From a virus: a stretch of 64,000 bases of DNA. This document shows positions 63,922 to 64,000 of this stretch, piece after piece (position 1 is the stretch's first letter; every line of letters begins with the position of its first letter). The position numbers and the translations under genes were made by a program. Under the pieces are notes generated by a model that saw only the letters and a list, made by a program, of their open reading frames with translations, made no database searches and was not told the origin of the DNA. The DNA lies in IMG/VR virus record IMGVR_UViG_3300043466_002666. One strand, 5' to 3'.

Positions 63922-64000
63922 CGAATAATTTCTACGTGTGTAATTTTACCATCTTTGAAACAAATACTACATCGTGGCCACTCTTCCCATTTTTGATGTG
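63918..64000 (-). CDS. 3' end of a hypothetical gene entering from the right edge
   Basis: ...HQKWEEWPRCSICFKDGKITHVEIIR* with ATGA overlap to the next gene. Confidence 0.55.
   Translation of the reverse strand, partial: HQKWEEWPRCSICFKDGKITHVEIIR

Noticed and set aside
1-64000. tRNA genes and photosynthesis genes such as psbA, psbD and hli
   Set aside because: No cloverleaf or T-loop signature was seen in the intergenic gaps and no ORF resembles these proteins; they may lie outside the window.

Overview
The window is a 64-kb slice of a T4-like cyanomyovirus (Kyanoviridae-type gene order; a picocyanobacterial host is inferred, not shown). Almost all genes are on the minus strand. Positions 1-4.4 kb carry the recombination and late-transcription genes gp46 (partial), gp47, gp55, uvsW and uvsY. 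Positions 4.4-47.1 kb are the AT-rich virion module: gp3, 23, 22, 21, 20, 19, 18, 17, 16, 15, 14, 13, a fibre-like protein, a VrlC/DUF4815-like giant protein, gp8, 7, 6, 25 and PAAR. This module has TATAAATA-type late promoters and an unannotated 52-aa NblA-like ORF at 24154-24312. At about 48,740 base composition jumps abruptly to roughly 60-70% GC (by-eye counts) and a putative early/host-takeover island begins (48.7-53.9 kb, fading out to about 60 kb). It consists of tiny, mostly monocistronic genes, each with its own sigma70-type promoter/stem-loop cassette. These promoters fall into classes defined by upstream operators at fixed distances. One class has an HLR1 (RpaB)-like direct repeat in place of a -35. 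A second has LysR-type ATTAG-N5-CTAAT boxes 10-11 bp upstream of the -35. A third has a CCAGTT-N4-AACTGG inverted repeat 10 bp upstream of the -35. This suggests a phage early regulon wired to host light- and carbon-sensing regulators. Other notable elements are a plus-strand consensus promoter driving a structured non-coding RNA with 42-bp tandem repeats (54.0-54.2 kb), two HNH endonucleases, a GP88-family protein, an SF2 helicase, a PD-(D/E)xK-like protein, and a late-expressed PARP-like ADP-ribosyltransferase domain behind a T4 capsid-targeting-like motif. No tRNA, rRNA, CRISPR array, intron or intein was recognised. All assignments come from motif recognition by eye; no database searches were run.
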